Assembly (NCBI GenBank): GCA_963662315.1
Contig: OY759353.1
Location: forward strand, 4,645,196-4,709,195
Direction: 5' to 3'
DNA length: 64,000 bases
Origin: Geopsychrobacteraceae bacterium
GTDB taxonomy: Bacteria; Desulfobacterota; Desulfuromonadia; Desulfuromonadales; Geopsychrobacteraceae
This document shows positions 28,176-38,057 of the stretch, piece by piece (position 1 is the first letter of the stretch; every line of letters begins with the position of its first letter). The notes under the pieces are model-generated. The model had not been told where the DNA came from, ran no database searches, and was given only the letters and a program-made list of their open reading frames with translations. Both the position numbers and the translations under genes were made by a program.

Positions 28176-29387
28176 CTACCCTTCAGGAAGAATAATCGCG
28201 CAGCAGATGATCTCCCCCCGACGGTTCTCGGCTCGGCCTGCATTGGTACGGTTGTCTGCGACCGGATTTGCTTCGCCACTACCACGGGCGACCAGCCTGT
28301 TCGGATCGATAGCAAAATTATCGACCAGGTATTGCTTGACTGCTGCGGCTCGGCGCTCGGAAAGATTCTGGTTATAGACATCTTCGCCGATTGAATCAGT
28401 GAACCCGGCGATAAGGATGTAAGGGACATCTTTGTTTTTGAGGATGAAATCGCTGGCTTTTTTTAACTCTGCAGCAAACTCAGGTTTAACCACAGACTTG
28501 TCGAAGTCGAAATTGATGTGCAGAGCTAACTTGAGCGTACAGCCGGACTCATCAACGATTTCTCCTCTGGTCGTCTCAAGGCATTTATCGCGGGAATCGA
28601 GCACTCCGTCGCCATCACCGTCCCCGTCACGGGGCTTAACAACGACAGGCACGACTGCGACTGGTATATTCTTCCGCTCCAGAAAGACGCTGTTGACAAA
28701 TGATTCGAGCTGGCCGGGTTGCGCCAACGCTTCGGCGGTTTCTGAAAATCCGCAAGTGTCGGCTTCTGCGAACCCCTGAAGGAATCTTTCACCGGCGGGA
28801 TTGCCGCCAACAGCTATAGTATAGGTACAGAGCTGATTGCCCAGGTTCGCTTTAAGCTTCGCCAGTGCCGCAGGGGCACCTTCCATTCCTGCCATAACCT
28901 GGCCATCACTGACGATGATGACCGCCGACTTCCCCTGACTTCCCCGCAAATCTTCACCGGCAGCTTCTAGGGCCGATGGCAAGGGGCTGGTTCCGCCAGT
29001 AGTGTTGAGGCTATCAAGACAGCTCTGCAAGCCGTTTGGGGTGTATTGCGTCATACCGTACGCCAGGGTGGTTGGCTTATTCCACAATCGGTCGCGATGA
29101 CCGAAGGTGCGCAGGCCTGCGTTAAAGTTCAAGTCAGTAGGCAGGCTCTGGTTAATAGCACCGATAATGTTTTTGCCCGTTCTGATGTTTTGTTCAGCGT
29201 CTTTTCCCATCGACGATGATGTGTCGAGGATAATCAGGAAATTGTCCACCTTTTGCGTGTATTCGCCAGCAGGAAACGTATGGGGAGTAAATTCCTGTAG
29301 CGACGCAGCGGGTTTCACGCCGGCACAGCCAGCAGTCAATGCGCATAACGTCAGGAACACACATGTTTTGAAATACATTTTCTTCAT
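28176..29387 (-). CDS. VWA + OmpA-like domain lipoprotein
   Basis: Lipobox TAGC; MIDAS DTSSSM; DGDGDGV calcium-type repeat; INFDFDKS...NLSERRA. Confidence 0.88.
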   Translation of the reverse strand: MKKMYFKTCVFLTLCALTAGCAGVKPAASLQEFTPHTFPAGEYTQKVDNFLIILDTSSSMGKDAEQNIRTGKNIIGAINQSLPTDLNFNAGLRTFGHRDRLWNKPTTLAYGMTQYTPNGLQSCLDSLNTTGGTSPLPSALEAAGEDLRGSQGKSAVIIVSDGQVMAGMEGAPAALAKLKANLGNQLCTYTIAVGGNPAGERFLQGFAEADTCGFSETAEALAQPGQLESFVNSVFLERKNIPVAVVPVVVKPRDGDGDGDGVLDSRDKCLETTRGEIVDESGCTLKLALHINFDFDKSVVKPEFAAELKKASDFILKNKDVPYILIAGFTDSIGEDVYNQNLSERRAAAVKQYLVDNFAIDPNRLVARGSGEANPVADNRTNAGRAENRRGEIICCAIILPEG

Positions 29388-29440
29388 CTGAACCTTCCCC
29401 TCCTTGGTTGAGGTCTTTTAGAATTGCTATTCTGACGTGC

Positions 29441-29620
29441 CTATTCTTCGAAGACCTTCTTGACCTGCCCGACTTTTCGCTGCGTTTGTCCGGCGATCTT
29501 CTCTCCGGCTCCTTCAGCTTCCATTTCCTTATTTTTAAAGAGTTTTCCTGTGGTCTTCTTGACTTGGCCTTTCACTGCGTGGAAGGTTCCCTCAATTTTA
29601 TCCTTCATGCTTGAATTCAT
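29441..29620 (-). CDS. CsbD-family general stress protein
   Basis: DKIEGTFHAVKGQVK...EAEGAGEKIAG; AAGGAG RBS. Confidence 0.9.
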   Translation of the reverse strand: MNSSMKDKIEGTFHAVKGQVKKTTGKLFKNKEMEAEGAGEKIAGQTQRKVGQVKKVFEE

Positions 29621-29697
29621 ATTCTTTCTCCTTAATGGGAAAACAGCTATTCCGATAAAAACTCGGCAAAGATCCTGTCTTTCATTTGAAATTAATC

Positions 29698-29842
29698 GCA
29701 ATGAGTATGCCGGGAAAGACTTAGCGCATTAATGAATTCAACTGACTGATTTTACAGGAAAAAAAATAAATAAGAAAAGTCGCTCGAAAGAAAAGCTGTC
29801 ACCGGGTTCCGTCACATGTGACGATACCACCAGATATGACGG
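29698..29842 (-). promoter_or_regulatory. Sigma-54 promoter (29698-29712), IHF-like site (29739-29751), tandem activator site D (29809-29842)
   Basis: CGGCAT-ACTCA-TTGC; AATCAGTCAGTTG; ccGTCACATGTGAC-gatacc-ACCAGATATGACgg 97 bp upstream. Confidence 0.82.
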
Positions 29843-29964
29843 TCAGGCTGATTTGATAGCTTCCCGTTTTTCATCTCTTGTTGGTGGTCATTGACCGATC
29901 TTAGTGGAAGTTGCGCCGGTGAATGGTCCGAGCTACCCGCTCTTTGCCGTTTCTAACCGCGCAG

Positions 29965-30140
29965 GGCGACAGCAACAGACCCTGCAGCAGGGTAAAAAAC
30001 CGTGGCAGGAGAAATGTCATGATCGCTCAGCCCTGCAAAAATCAGGAAAAACCCAACCGGGATATCGAGAACAAATTCGCCGGAGTTCGTGACATTTTCA
30101 AGAGACTGTCCCGCACGGTAGCAATCGGCCCCCGAATCAT
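29965..30140 (-). pseudogene. Third, frameshifted desaturase relic
   Basis: ATVRDSLLKMSRTPAN / EFVLDIPVGFFLIFAGL matches the N-terminus of 24060-24656. Confidence 0.75.
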
Positions 30141-30434
30141 CTATCCCTACAGACTCCTCCTTTTTCCCAACAAAAAAACGTTAGTTTTTTCAGTATACCA
30201 CCCATCAAATGCGTTTATTTTCCGGGGTGTTGCTTATCCTCCGGACGAGCTGCATGTCCCAGGCAACTCACGATATCGGATATCGTTCTACCTGAATATC
30301 TATTTGTTGTCCCCGCGCGGCATCCAAAGGTACTAACGGGACAAATTGGGTTGTGAAATGAACTAATTAAAGAATAGCTGCTATGATTTATCTGTACGGT
30401 CCATTTTCAAAACTTTGGACGAGAGGAATCATCA

Positions 30435-32351
30435 ATGCTGAAAAACCCCTTGCAGCGGTTTCTTCTGGTGATGATGTTGATATTTGTCGCCAATGGTTTT
30501 TATCTCTATTATTTTCCTCCATCGGGGCAAGCTGCGGTCGCCCCGATCGCTTACAGCCTTTTCAAAACCGAACTCCGCCAAGAGCATATTGCCGAGGTCA
30601 CCATTCAGGGCGATAACCTGAGAGGCCTTTTTCATGCAGAGCAGTCATTTTCTGCTGACCAACTTGTCGCGGGTCCGTTTGAGGGGGTTCGCCCCTTTAA
30701 AGAATTCACCACCACGCTCCCGCCGTTCGATGACCCGGAACTGCTTGGGCTATTGGACCAGTACGATGTTGTGGTTACAGTCAAACCCGCGGCCAGCCAG
30801 TCACTTTGGTCCTCTCTGTTCATCAACCTGCTTCCCTGGGTGCTGATCATCGGTGTTTGGTTTTACATCTCCCGACGGATGGGAAAATCTGGCGGTCCGT
30901 TCGGCAACATCATGAACCAGTTCGGCAAATCGGGGGCGCGTCAGTACGCCCCGAAAAACTCCCAGGTCACCTTTGCCGATGTGGCCGGGCTCGCCGAAGC
31001 CAAGCAGGAGCTGCAGGAAATCATCGCCTACCTGAAGGACCCTTCCAAGTTCAACCGCCTTGGCGGCAAGGTTCCGCGGGGGGTGTTATTAGTCGGCCCG
31101 CCGGGAACCGGAAAAACCTTGATGGCTCGGGCCGTCGCCGGCGAAGCGGAAGTGGCCTTTTTCAATATCTCCGCCTCCCAGTTTATCGAAATGTTTGTCG
31201 GCGTCGGCGCCAGCCGGGTCAGGGACCTGTTCAAGGATGCCAAAAAGAATGCTCCGAGCATTATCTTTATCGACGAGCTGGATGCCGTCGGCCGAGCGCG
31301 GGGCACCGGGATGGGCGGCGGCAATGATGAGCGGGAACAGACCCTGAACCAACTACTTTCCGAGCTGGACGGTTTCGATCCGCATGACGAGGTGATCGTC
31401 ATGGCGGCGACCAATCGACCGGATGTGCTGGACAGCGCCCTGCTGCGCCCCGGCCGTTTCGACCGGACCGTGGTGGTCGAACGACCGGACTGGCGCGACC
31501 GGGCCAAAATCCTCGCGGTGCACACCCGCGACATGCCGCTGGCAACGGACGTTGACCTGGAACTGATCGCCAAGGGGACGCCGGGGATGGTCGGCGCCGA
31601 CCTGCAGGGCCTGGTCAATGAAGCGGCCCTGATCGCGGCCCGCGAGGATGCCGAAACCCTGACCACTCAGCATCTGGAACAGGCCAAGGATCGGCAGCTG
31701 ATGGGGATGGAACGCAAACTGTTCCTCTCCGATAAGGAAAAACGGATTACAGCCTTCCACGAAGCCGGGCATGCCCTGGTTGCCCGGTGTCTGCCACACA
31801 CCGACCCGATTCACAAGGTCACCATTATCCCTCGTGGTCAGGCGCTGGGTCTCACCCAGCAGCTGGCGGAGGATGACCGCTATCACTATCAGCGCAGCTA
31901 CCTGATGAGTCGCCTGTCCGTTATGCTGGGTGGACGGGTTGCGGAAATGCTGTACTTCGGTGAATCCTCAACCGGGGCGCAGAACGACCTCAAGCAAGTG
32001 ATGGACCTGGCCGAGAAGATGGTCTGCCAGTGGGGGATGAGTGACCGGCTGGGGCCGCTCAGTTTTCCCCGCGGTGAAGAGCATCCATTCCTCGGCCGCA
32101 AACTCGCCACGGAGAAGATTTTTAGCGAAAGAACCGCCTGGCGTATCGATCAGGAGATCGAAAAACTGATCGATCTGGCTGAAAACGCTGCGATCGAAGC
32201 ACTCGAGGCCAACCGCGAGGCCCTGGAAGCCCTGGCGCAGAACCTGTTTGATGAAGAAACATTGGACAAGGCACGGATTGAAGAGCTATTCCGCGGGGCG
32301 AACCTGACGCTCTCAGCTGCAAGTGATTTGCGCCCGGAGACGCCTGATTAG
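30435..32351 (+). CDS. ftsH: ATP-dependent zinc metalloprotease FtsH (accessory copy)
   Basis: Two TM segments, [28 protein letters not shown]. Confidence 0.95.
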   Translation: MLKNPLQRFLLVMMLIFVANGFYLYYFPPSGQAAVAPIAYSLFKTELRQEHIAEVTIQGDNLRGLFHAEQSFSADQLVAGPFEGVRPFKEFTTTLPPFDDPELLGLLDQYDVVVTVKPAASQSLWSSLFINLLPWVLIIGVWFYISRRMGKSGGPFGNIMNQFGKSGARQYAPKNSQVTFADVAGLAEAKQELQEIIAYLKDPSKFNRLGGKVPRGVLLVGPPGTGKTLMARAVAGEAEVAFFNISASQFIEMFVGVGASRVRDLFKDAKKNAPSIIFIDELDAVGRARGTGMGGGNDEREQTLNQLLSELDGFDPHDEVIVMAATNRPDVLDSALLRPGRFDRTVVVERPDWRDRAKILAVHTRDMPLATDVDLELIAKGTPGMVGADLQGLVNEAALIAAREDAETLTTQHLEQAKDRQLMGMERKLFLSDKEKRITAFHEAGHALVARCLPHTDPIHKVTIIPRGQALGLTQQLAEDDRYHYQRSYLMSRLSVMLGGRVAEMLYFGESSTGAQNDLKQVMDLAEKMVCQWGMSDRLGPLSFPRGEEHPFLGRKLATEKIFSERTAWRIDQEIEKLIDLAENAAIEALEANREALEALAQNLFDEETLDKARIEELFRGANLTLSAASDLRPETPD

Positions 32352-32402
32352 CGAAATGAATCCAAGGGAGTTGATGAACCGCCGGCGAAACGAGGAGTGA
32401 AG

Positions 32403-32900
32403 ATGACCGATGAACATCAAACATATAGCAGGGAATCCGGGGAGAGGGGTTCCGACACCGATCTGTCGCCAGAGGAGGCCGCTCTCTGGAAAGAGCGATA
32501 TCAGCGTTTGCTGGCCGATCTGGAGAACACCAAAAAGCGGCTGGCACGCGCATCCGCCCAGGAAGTTGAGGCGCAAAAGGAAAGAATGCTGAAAGACATT
32601 CTGCCCGTTGCCGATGGCCTTGATCTCGCCATACGACATACCTCGCACGAAGAGGATAGCAGGAATATCCTACAGGGAATCGAAATGAACCGCACCCTCC
32701 TGGGGAAATTTTTCGCCCGATACGATGTTGAAGAAATGGACGCCCTGGGGCAGCCATTCGATCCGGATTTGCACCAAAGTCTGGGAGCGGCCCGGTATCC
32801 CGGCGTCGCTCCCAACACGATTGTAAGGGTCGAACAAAAGGGGTATCTGCTCAGCGGCAAGTTGTTACGTCCGGCGCAGGTGCTGATCGCCGCGCGTTGA
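32403..32900 (+). CDS. grpE: Nucleotide exchange factor GrpE
   Basis: RLLADLENTKKR, FDPDLH, KGYLLSGKLLRPAQV. Confidence 0.9.
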   Translation: MTDEHQTYSRESGERGSDTDLSPEEAALWKERYQRLLADLENTKKRLARASAQEVEAQKERMLKDILPVADGLDLAIRHTSHEEDSRNILQGIEMNRTLLGKFFARYDVEEMDALGQPFDPDLHQSLGAARYPGVAPNTIVRVEQKGYLLSGKLLRPAQVLIAAR

Positions 32901-32976
32901 TGCGCATGTCGAGAGCGGGTTCAACGCGTAACGGTTGATGTTATTGACCGCTGTGGTTGCCGCGAATGGAGACAGC

Positions 32977-33933
32977 ATGGAGTTCAAGGATTACTACAAG
33001 ATCTTGGGAATAGATCGCAATGCGGATGCGAAGGAGATCAAGAAAGCCTATCGCAAGCAGGCGCGGAAATATCATCCCGACGTCAACACCGCCGATACTG
33101 CCGCCAACAAGTTTCAGGATATCAACGAAGCCAACGAGGTTCTTTCCGACCCCGCAAAACGTCAGGAGTACGACCGTCTCAGTTCCCAATGGCAGCAGTA
33201 TCGGCAAGGCGGAGGCAAGCCCGAAGACTTCAACTGGGGCGAGAGAGCGGCAAGCAATCAGAACTACGGCTATCGAACGGTTAATCCCGAAGAATTTGAA
33301 GAGTTGTTCGGTACCGGCGGCGGATTTTCGGATTTTTTTACCAATCTGTTCGGTGGGGGAATCCGGCAGCAAAGCCCTGGCGATATGGGCGGCCAGCAAT
33401 TTTATCAGCAGGCGCGACCGCGGCACGGAGGGGACCTCGAACATTCCCTGCAGGTGAGCCTCTATGAAGCCTACCAGGGGACCAAGCGATCGTTGCAATG
33501 GGAGGACGGTCGTAAAATAGACGTCAAAATTCCGCCTGGGGTCAACACCGGGTCCCGGGTCAGAGTCAAAGGAAAGGGCGGTGCTGCTACGGGAGGAGGA
33601 ATTTCTGGGGATCTCTATCTGACCATTGAAGTTTTGCCCGACAATCGGTTTCTGCGCGACAAAGATGATCTGAAGACCACTGTCTCAGCGGATCTTTTCA
33701 CCATGTTGTTAGGCGGAAAACTCGCGGTTCCCGGCATCGACCGTACGGTCAATCTTCCGATCCCACCGGAAACCAGTAATGGCCGGATTTTTCGACTGCG
33801 CGGGTTAGGGATGCCCAAACTCAAGCAGCCAGAACAACGTGGTGACCTGTATGTCACCGTGGAAACCGTTCTACCGCAAAAGCTGACTGCTAAAGAAAAG
33901 GAACTGCTTGAGCAGTGGAAGTCTTTGCGTTGA
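32977..33933 (+). CDS. cbpA: CbpA-like (type II) DnaJ protein
   Basis: MEFKDYY...KYHPD J domain, no Zn finger, DnaJ C-terminal domain. Confidence 0.88.
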   Translation: MEFKDYYKILGIDRNADAKEIKKAYRKQARKYHPDVNTADTAANKFQDINEANEVLSDPAKRQEYDRLSSQWQQYRQGGGKPEDFNWGERAASNQNYGYRTVNPEEFEELFGTGGGFSDFFTNLFGGGIRQQSPGDMGGQQFYQQARPRHGGDLEHSLQVSLYEAYQGTKRSLQWEDGRKIDVKIPPGVNTGSRVRVKGKGGAATGGGISGDLYLTIEVLPDNRFLRDKDDLKTTVSADLFTMLLGGKLAVPGIDRTVNLPIPPETSNGRIFRLRGLGMPKLKQPEQRGDLYVTVETVLPQKLTAKEKELLEQWKSLR

Positions 33934-33960
33934 ACGAAACGACTGTGACCAGTTGTGCAG

Positions 33961-33975
33961 CCCCCCCCCCCCCCC
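33961..33975. repeat. Poly-C15 tract between cbpA and cbpM
   Basis: 15 consecutive C. Confidence 0.9.
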
Positions 33976-33994
33976 GACTGGTGAGGAGAAGGTT

Positions 33995-34381
33995 ATGAAG
34001 AAATACCAGATCGCGCCTTTCTACAATGATCCTGATGCTCACTACGAATATCGGCTTGTCGCCCGCATGACCAGGGTATCAGAGGAGTTTATTCTCCGCT
34101 GCGAGCATGAAGAGCTGATCACTGCACACAAAATGCACGATGGCGCAAAGGGTTTGAGCACTGCGGATGTCGGCAAACTGAAACTCATTCGCCACCTCCA
34201 CGAGGACCTGGGTCTGGATCTGGAGGCCATAGATTTCGTGCTGCGCTACCGGGAGCGCGTCAAGGTCCTGGAGCGTCAGTTGGAAGAAATGCAGCAGCTC
34301 CTCCACCAGAAAGAGCAGGAACATCAGGCTGAGGTTCTGGACCTTTGTCGACGCCTGGCGCAGATGATGGATCGAGAATAG
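33995..34381 (+). CDS. cbpM: CbpM-like chaperone modulator
   Basis: MerR-like IRHLHEDLGLDLEAIDFVLRYRERV; follows cbpA. Confidence 0.75.
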   Translation: MKKYQIAPFYNDPDAHYEYRLVARMTRVSEEFILRCEHEELITAHKMHDGAKGLSTADVGKLKLIRHLHEDLGLDLEAIDFVLRYRERVKVLERQLEEMQQLLHQKEQEHQAEVLDLCRRLAQMMDRE

Positions 34382-34460
34382 AAGATACAGGATATAGATA
34401 CCGAATGACCAACGATTGAAATATCCCTGATCGAGAGACATTGTAAGCAAATTTCTGAAC

Positions 34461-34606
34461 CCGTCTTATCCGACAGAAATGTCAAATATGACGGACCTCA
34501 CCAAGGATATTCCTCCTCGATTCATTTCACCTTTTTTATATTCCTTCCATGCAATCAACCACTTGCATAAGTCATCTGCGCAGGTTTGTGCTGGCATGTA
34601 AGTTGC
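34461..34606 (+). promoter_or_regulatory. Tandem activator site G (34461-34494), IHF consensus (34553-34565), sigma-54 promoter (34592-34606)
   Basis: ccGTCTTATCCGAC-agaaat-GTCAAATATGACgg; AATCAACCACTTG; TGGCAT-GTAAG-TTGC 98 bp downstream. Confidence 0.82.
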
Positions 34607-34713
34607 GCTTTCTCTAGTTGCTGAACCGCAGCAAGGAGCGCGGCCGAACAACGCAAAGGCTGGGCAAAGGCCCAGAGCAAGAACCCCAGCGGGGAAAAGA
34701 GAGGAGCGGTTTC

Positions 34714-35784
34714 ATGCCACAACAGAATGATAACGACAGCCCGACTGGCCCCAGGGGCAGCGAGACCGATGCCGGTACCGAAATTGAGGCTCTGCTCCAG
34801 CAGGGGCAGGACCGGCTGAAGCAGGTCATGTCGAGTGGCGGCCCGCGCGGCGGGATCGTCCTGGTCCTCCTCGTTCTGGCCGCCTTCCTCGCATGGACGG
34901 CCTATTACACTGTGCCGAGTGACTCGGTCGCTGTGGTGCAACGCTTTGGTAAATATCTCAAGGAGGTTCCGCCGGGGCTGCATTTCAAACTGCCACTCGG
35001 CATTGATGTGGCGACGATCGTTCCGGTCAAACGACAATTGAAACAGGAATTCGGATTCACGACCCCAGGTGCCAACGATCCCTACCAGAGTTCTCGCGGT
35101 GGACAGCGGGAGACCAGGCGAGAAACGGAGATGGTCACTGGCGACCTGAACGCCGCATTGGTGGAATGGGTGGTTCAATACCGCATTTCGGACCCGGTTA
35201 AATTCCTTTTCGAGGTTCGAGAACCGAGTGAAACCCTCCGCTATGTTTCCGAATCGGTCATGCGTGAAGTCGTCGGTGACCGCACCGTAGACGAGGTGAT
35301 CACCATCGGCCGACAAGAAATCGAAACGGAAGCACTGACCAAGATGCAGGCCCTCTCTACCAAATACGCCATGGGGATCAGTATCGACCAGGTGCAGTTG
35401 AAGAACATCAATCCGCCCCAACCGGTGCAGGAATCGTTCAACGAAGTCAACCAGGCCCAGCAGGAGAAAGAGAAGCTGATTAACGAAGCCCGGCGCGATT
35501 ATAACAAGGTTATCCCGCTGGCCGAAGGCGAGAAGGACCAGCGCATCCGCGAGGCCGATGGCTACCGGCTCAAGAGAGTCAATGAAGCGGAAGGCGATGT
35601 CGCCCGGTTCAGCGCCCTGTTGGCGGAATACAGCAAGGCTCCGGAGGTCACTCGCCGCCGCATCTATATCGAGACCCTGCAGGATGTCATGCCGCGTATT
35701 CACAAGAAGATCATTATCGATGAACTGTCGCGCAGCATCCTGCCATTGCTGAATCTCGACTCCCAGAAGGGAGATAAACCATGA
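34714..35784 (+). CDS. hflK: FtsH modulator HflK
   Basis: TM + SPFH domain; AEYSKAPEVTRRRIYIETL. Confidence 0.92.
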   Translation: MPQQNDNDSPTGPRGSETDAGTEIEALLQQGQDRLKQVMSSGGPRGGIVLVLLVLAAFLAWTAYYTVPSDSVAVVQRFGKYLKEVPPGLHFKLPLGIDVATIVPVKRQLKQEFGFTTPGANDPYQSSRGGQRETRRETEMVTGDLNAALVEWVVQYRISDPVKFLFEVREPSETLRYVSESVMREVVGDRTVDEVITIGRQEIETEALTKMQALSTKYAMGISIDQVQLKNINPPQPVQESFNEVNQAQQEKEKLINEARRDYNKVIPLAEGEKDQRIREADGYRLKRVNEAEGDVARFSALLAEYSKAPEVTRRRIYIETLQDVMPRIHKKIIIDELSRSILPLLNLDSQKGDKP

Positions 35785-36785
35785 ATAACATCAAGCAAAT
35801 AGCTCTCATCGCGCTTTTGGCTGTCGGGGTGTACGTGGTGATAAGTTCGATCTATACGGTGAGCGAAGTCGAGCAGGTCATTATCACCCAGTTCGGCAAA
35901 CCGGTCGGCGCTCCCGTGACGTCCGCCGGTCTGAAGTTCAAGATGCCCTTTATCCAGAACATCAACCCGATCGACAAGCGGGTTCTCGAGTGGGACGGCA
36001 GTCCATCAGATATGCCGACCAAGGACAAGCTCTACATTTCAGTCGATCTCTTTGCCCGCTGGAGGATTACCGATCCACTCCAATACTTTTTGCGACTTCG
36101 CGATGAGCGCAGTGCCCAGTCCCGCCTGGATGATATTCTCGGCAGCGAGACCCGTAACGCTGTCGCCAAGCACGAACTGATCGAAATCATCCGCACCACA
36201 AAGGATCGCGTGCCGCTGCGCGACGCTCTGTTGACCGGAGCGCAGCAGGAGCAGGATATCGGCGCATTGGTGCCGATCCAAAAGGGTCGCAAGCTGGTCG
36301 AACAGGAGATATTTCTCGCCGCGGCCGAGAAGGTTCAAGTGTTTGGCATCGAATTGCTCGATATCCGCTTCAAGCGGATCAACTACAACGAAAGCGTGCG
36401 TCCGAAGATCTACGATCGAATGATCAGCGAACGACGGCAGATCGCGGAACGCTTTCTGTCGGAAGGGAACGGTGAGGCTGCCAGAATCCGCGGCAATCGG
36501 GTGCGTGATCTGAACAAAATCCAGTCTGAAGCCTATCGGGAGGTCGAAGAAATTCGTGGCGTGGCGGACGCGAAAGCGACTGAAATCTACGCGAGTGCCT
36601 ACAACCAGAGCCGTGAAGCGGTGGAGTTTTATGAATTTACCCGGACCATGCAGGCTTACAAAGACATTATCGCCGAAGACACGACCCTGGTTCTTTCCAC
36701 GGAGAGTGACCTCCTCAAATTTTTCAAGGGTATGACACCGGATGGCGACCAGGTTTCGGGCCGAGGTTCCGGCGGCAAACGATGA
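35781..36785 (+). CDS. hflC: FtsH modulator HflC
   Basis: TQFGKP, RMISERRQIAERFLSEG, FYEFTRTM. Confidence 0.92.
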   Translation: MNNIKQIALIALLAVGVYVVISSIYTVSEVEQVIITQFGKPVGAPVTSAGLKFKMPFIQNINPIDKRVLEWDGSPSDMPTKDKLYISVDLFARWRITDPLQYFLRLRDERSAQSRLDDILGSETRNAVAKHELIEIIRTTKDRVPLRDALLTGAQQEQDIGALVPIQKGRKLVEQEIFLAAAEKVQVFGIELLDIRFKRINYNESVRPKIYDRMISERRQIAERFLSEGNGEAARIRGNRVRDLNKIQSEAYREVEEIRGVADAKATEIYASAYNQSREAVEFYEFTRTMQAYKDIIAEDTTLVLSTESDLLKFFKGMTPDGDQVSGRGSGGKR

Positions 36786-36935
36786 TAACGCGCGCAGGTG
36801 ATATGGCCGCCCTCAGGCGGCCCCTCGCTTTGAATGGACGAACGCTCGGACGACTCCGCCCGGGTAAGTATTGAACAGCGAAAACGCAGTTCAATACGGC
36901 ATAAAGATTCATCACACCCAAAAAGGGAGGATAAA

Positions 36936-37376
36936 ATGGCAAGCTGGGATTTGTTTCAGGAGATGGACATGTTGCGCAGGGAAATGGAACAGGCCTTTCG
37001 TGGTCTCGGACGAGGTCATTCGACATCCTTCCTGCCAGGGCTCAGCGTCGGCGGCTATCCACTCATCAACCTGAGTGAGGACGAGTACAATTATTACATC
37101 GAGGCACTGGTCCCCGGCATTGACCCGGATACGATCGACTTGAATGTCATGCAGCGCAACCTGTCGCTTTCCGGGGAAAGAAAAGAGAGTGAAGATAAGG
37201 AGTATACCTGGCACCGGCATGAGCGTGGCGCCGGAAAATTTATGCGCACCATCGATCTGGCCGCCAGCATCGATACAACAAAAGTGGCGGCCGAGTGCAA
37301 AAACGGGGTTTTGCATATCACTCTGACCAAAGCGGATATTGAAAAGCCGAAAAAGATTTCATTACATGCGAGCTGA
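36936..37376 (+). CDS. Hsp20 / alpha-crystallin protein
   Basis: YPLINLSED, HRHERGAGKFMR, KNGVLHITL. Confidence 0.92.
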   Translation: MASWDLFQEMDMLRREMEQAFRGLGRGHSTSFLPGLSVGGYPLINLSEDEYNYYIEALVPGIDPDTIDLNVMQRNLSLSGERKESEDKEYTWHRHERGAGKFMRTIDLAASIDTTKVAAECKNGVLHITLTKADIEKPKKISLHAS

Positions 37377-37426
37377 TCACAGCATGACCGTAAATGAACA
37401 TCAGAGCGAACTGGGAGGACAAAGCG

Positions 37427-37819
37427 ATGACAAAGCATGAACAAAAACAACAACAGGAAACAGTCCCGGCCAGACGCGAGGAAATTCGTACTCAAGGGAG
37501 GGTTCTCGTTCCCGCGGTCGATATCTTTGAGTCGATAGAAAGTCTGACCCTGACGGCCGATATGCCGGGGGTTGAAAAGGGTGGCCTGGAGATACGCCTG
37601 GAGAAGGGGGTATTGACCATTAACGGTACCGTCGAAGCGGTGAAACGTGGCCGGCCGATCTTGCGCGAATATTCATCGGCGAACTATTTTCGGCAGTTCA
37701 AGCTGCCAGAGCTTCTCGATGAAGATAAAAGTCATGCGGATTTACGCAACGGCGTCTTGACCCTTATTATCCCCAAGTCTGAGTCGGCCAAGCCGAAGCG
37801 GATCGAAATCCGCTCGTAA
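37427..37819 (+). CDS. Hsp20 / alpha-crystallin protein
   Basis: PAVDIFE, ADMPGV, NGVLTLIIPK. Confidence 0.92.
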   Translation: MTKHEQKQQQETVPARREEIRTQGRVLVPAVDIFESIESLTLTADMPGVEKGGLEIRLEKGVLTINGTVEAVKRGRPILREYSSANYFRQFKLPELLDEDKSHADLRNGVLTLIIPKSESAKPKRIEIRS

Positions 37820-37842
37820 CAGCACGAGGTCGGTACCGCAGA

Positions 37843-37871
37843 ATTCAGGCCCTGAATCTCGGGGCCTGAAT
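37843..37871. terminator. Hairpin after the Hsp20 pair
   Basis: ATTCAGGCCC...GGGCCTGAAT. Confidence 0.6.
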
Positions 37872-37880
37872 GGATAGCTC

Positions 37881-38025
37881 GCTATGATCACGCCGATGCC
37901 ACCGGCGGTTATAACATTTGTCTAAGGGGCTGATTATATGAAGGAAATGCGTATATCGACGTAACTGAAGAGCGGGACGAACCGGAGACAACCGTGATAT
38001 TTAACGGATATGTCTTATTTGGTGT
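37881..38025 (-). promoter_or_regulatory. Degenerate sigma-54 promoter (37881-37895) with tandem site H (37992-38025); no downstream gene
   Basis: CGGCGT-GATCA-TAGC lies exactly 97 bp from ccGTGATATTTAAC-ggatat-GTCTTATTTGGT. Confidence 0.6.
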
Positions 38026-38057
38026 GGGAGGGAATGGTGTTCGCAGTTTGATTCAAT

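Noticed and set aside
27353..28429. 358-aa version of the PRC-barrel ORF
   Set aside because: The extension overlaps the OmpA gene; homology starts at ATG 28123
29923..30336. 137-aa plus-strand ORF
   Set aside because: No recognisable motif; the opposite strand is a desaturase relic
34555..35703. 382-aa minus-strand ORF
   Set aside because: Antisense shadow of hflK; the same applies to long antisense ORFs over ftsH, cheBR, the activator and smc
11597..38025. 34-bp repeats as CRISPR repeats or attC sites
   Set aside because: Dispersed, degenerate, not separated by uniform spacers, no cas or integron integrase; they track sigma-54 promoters
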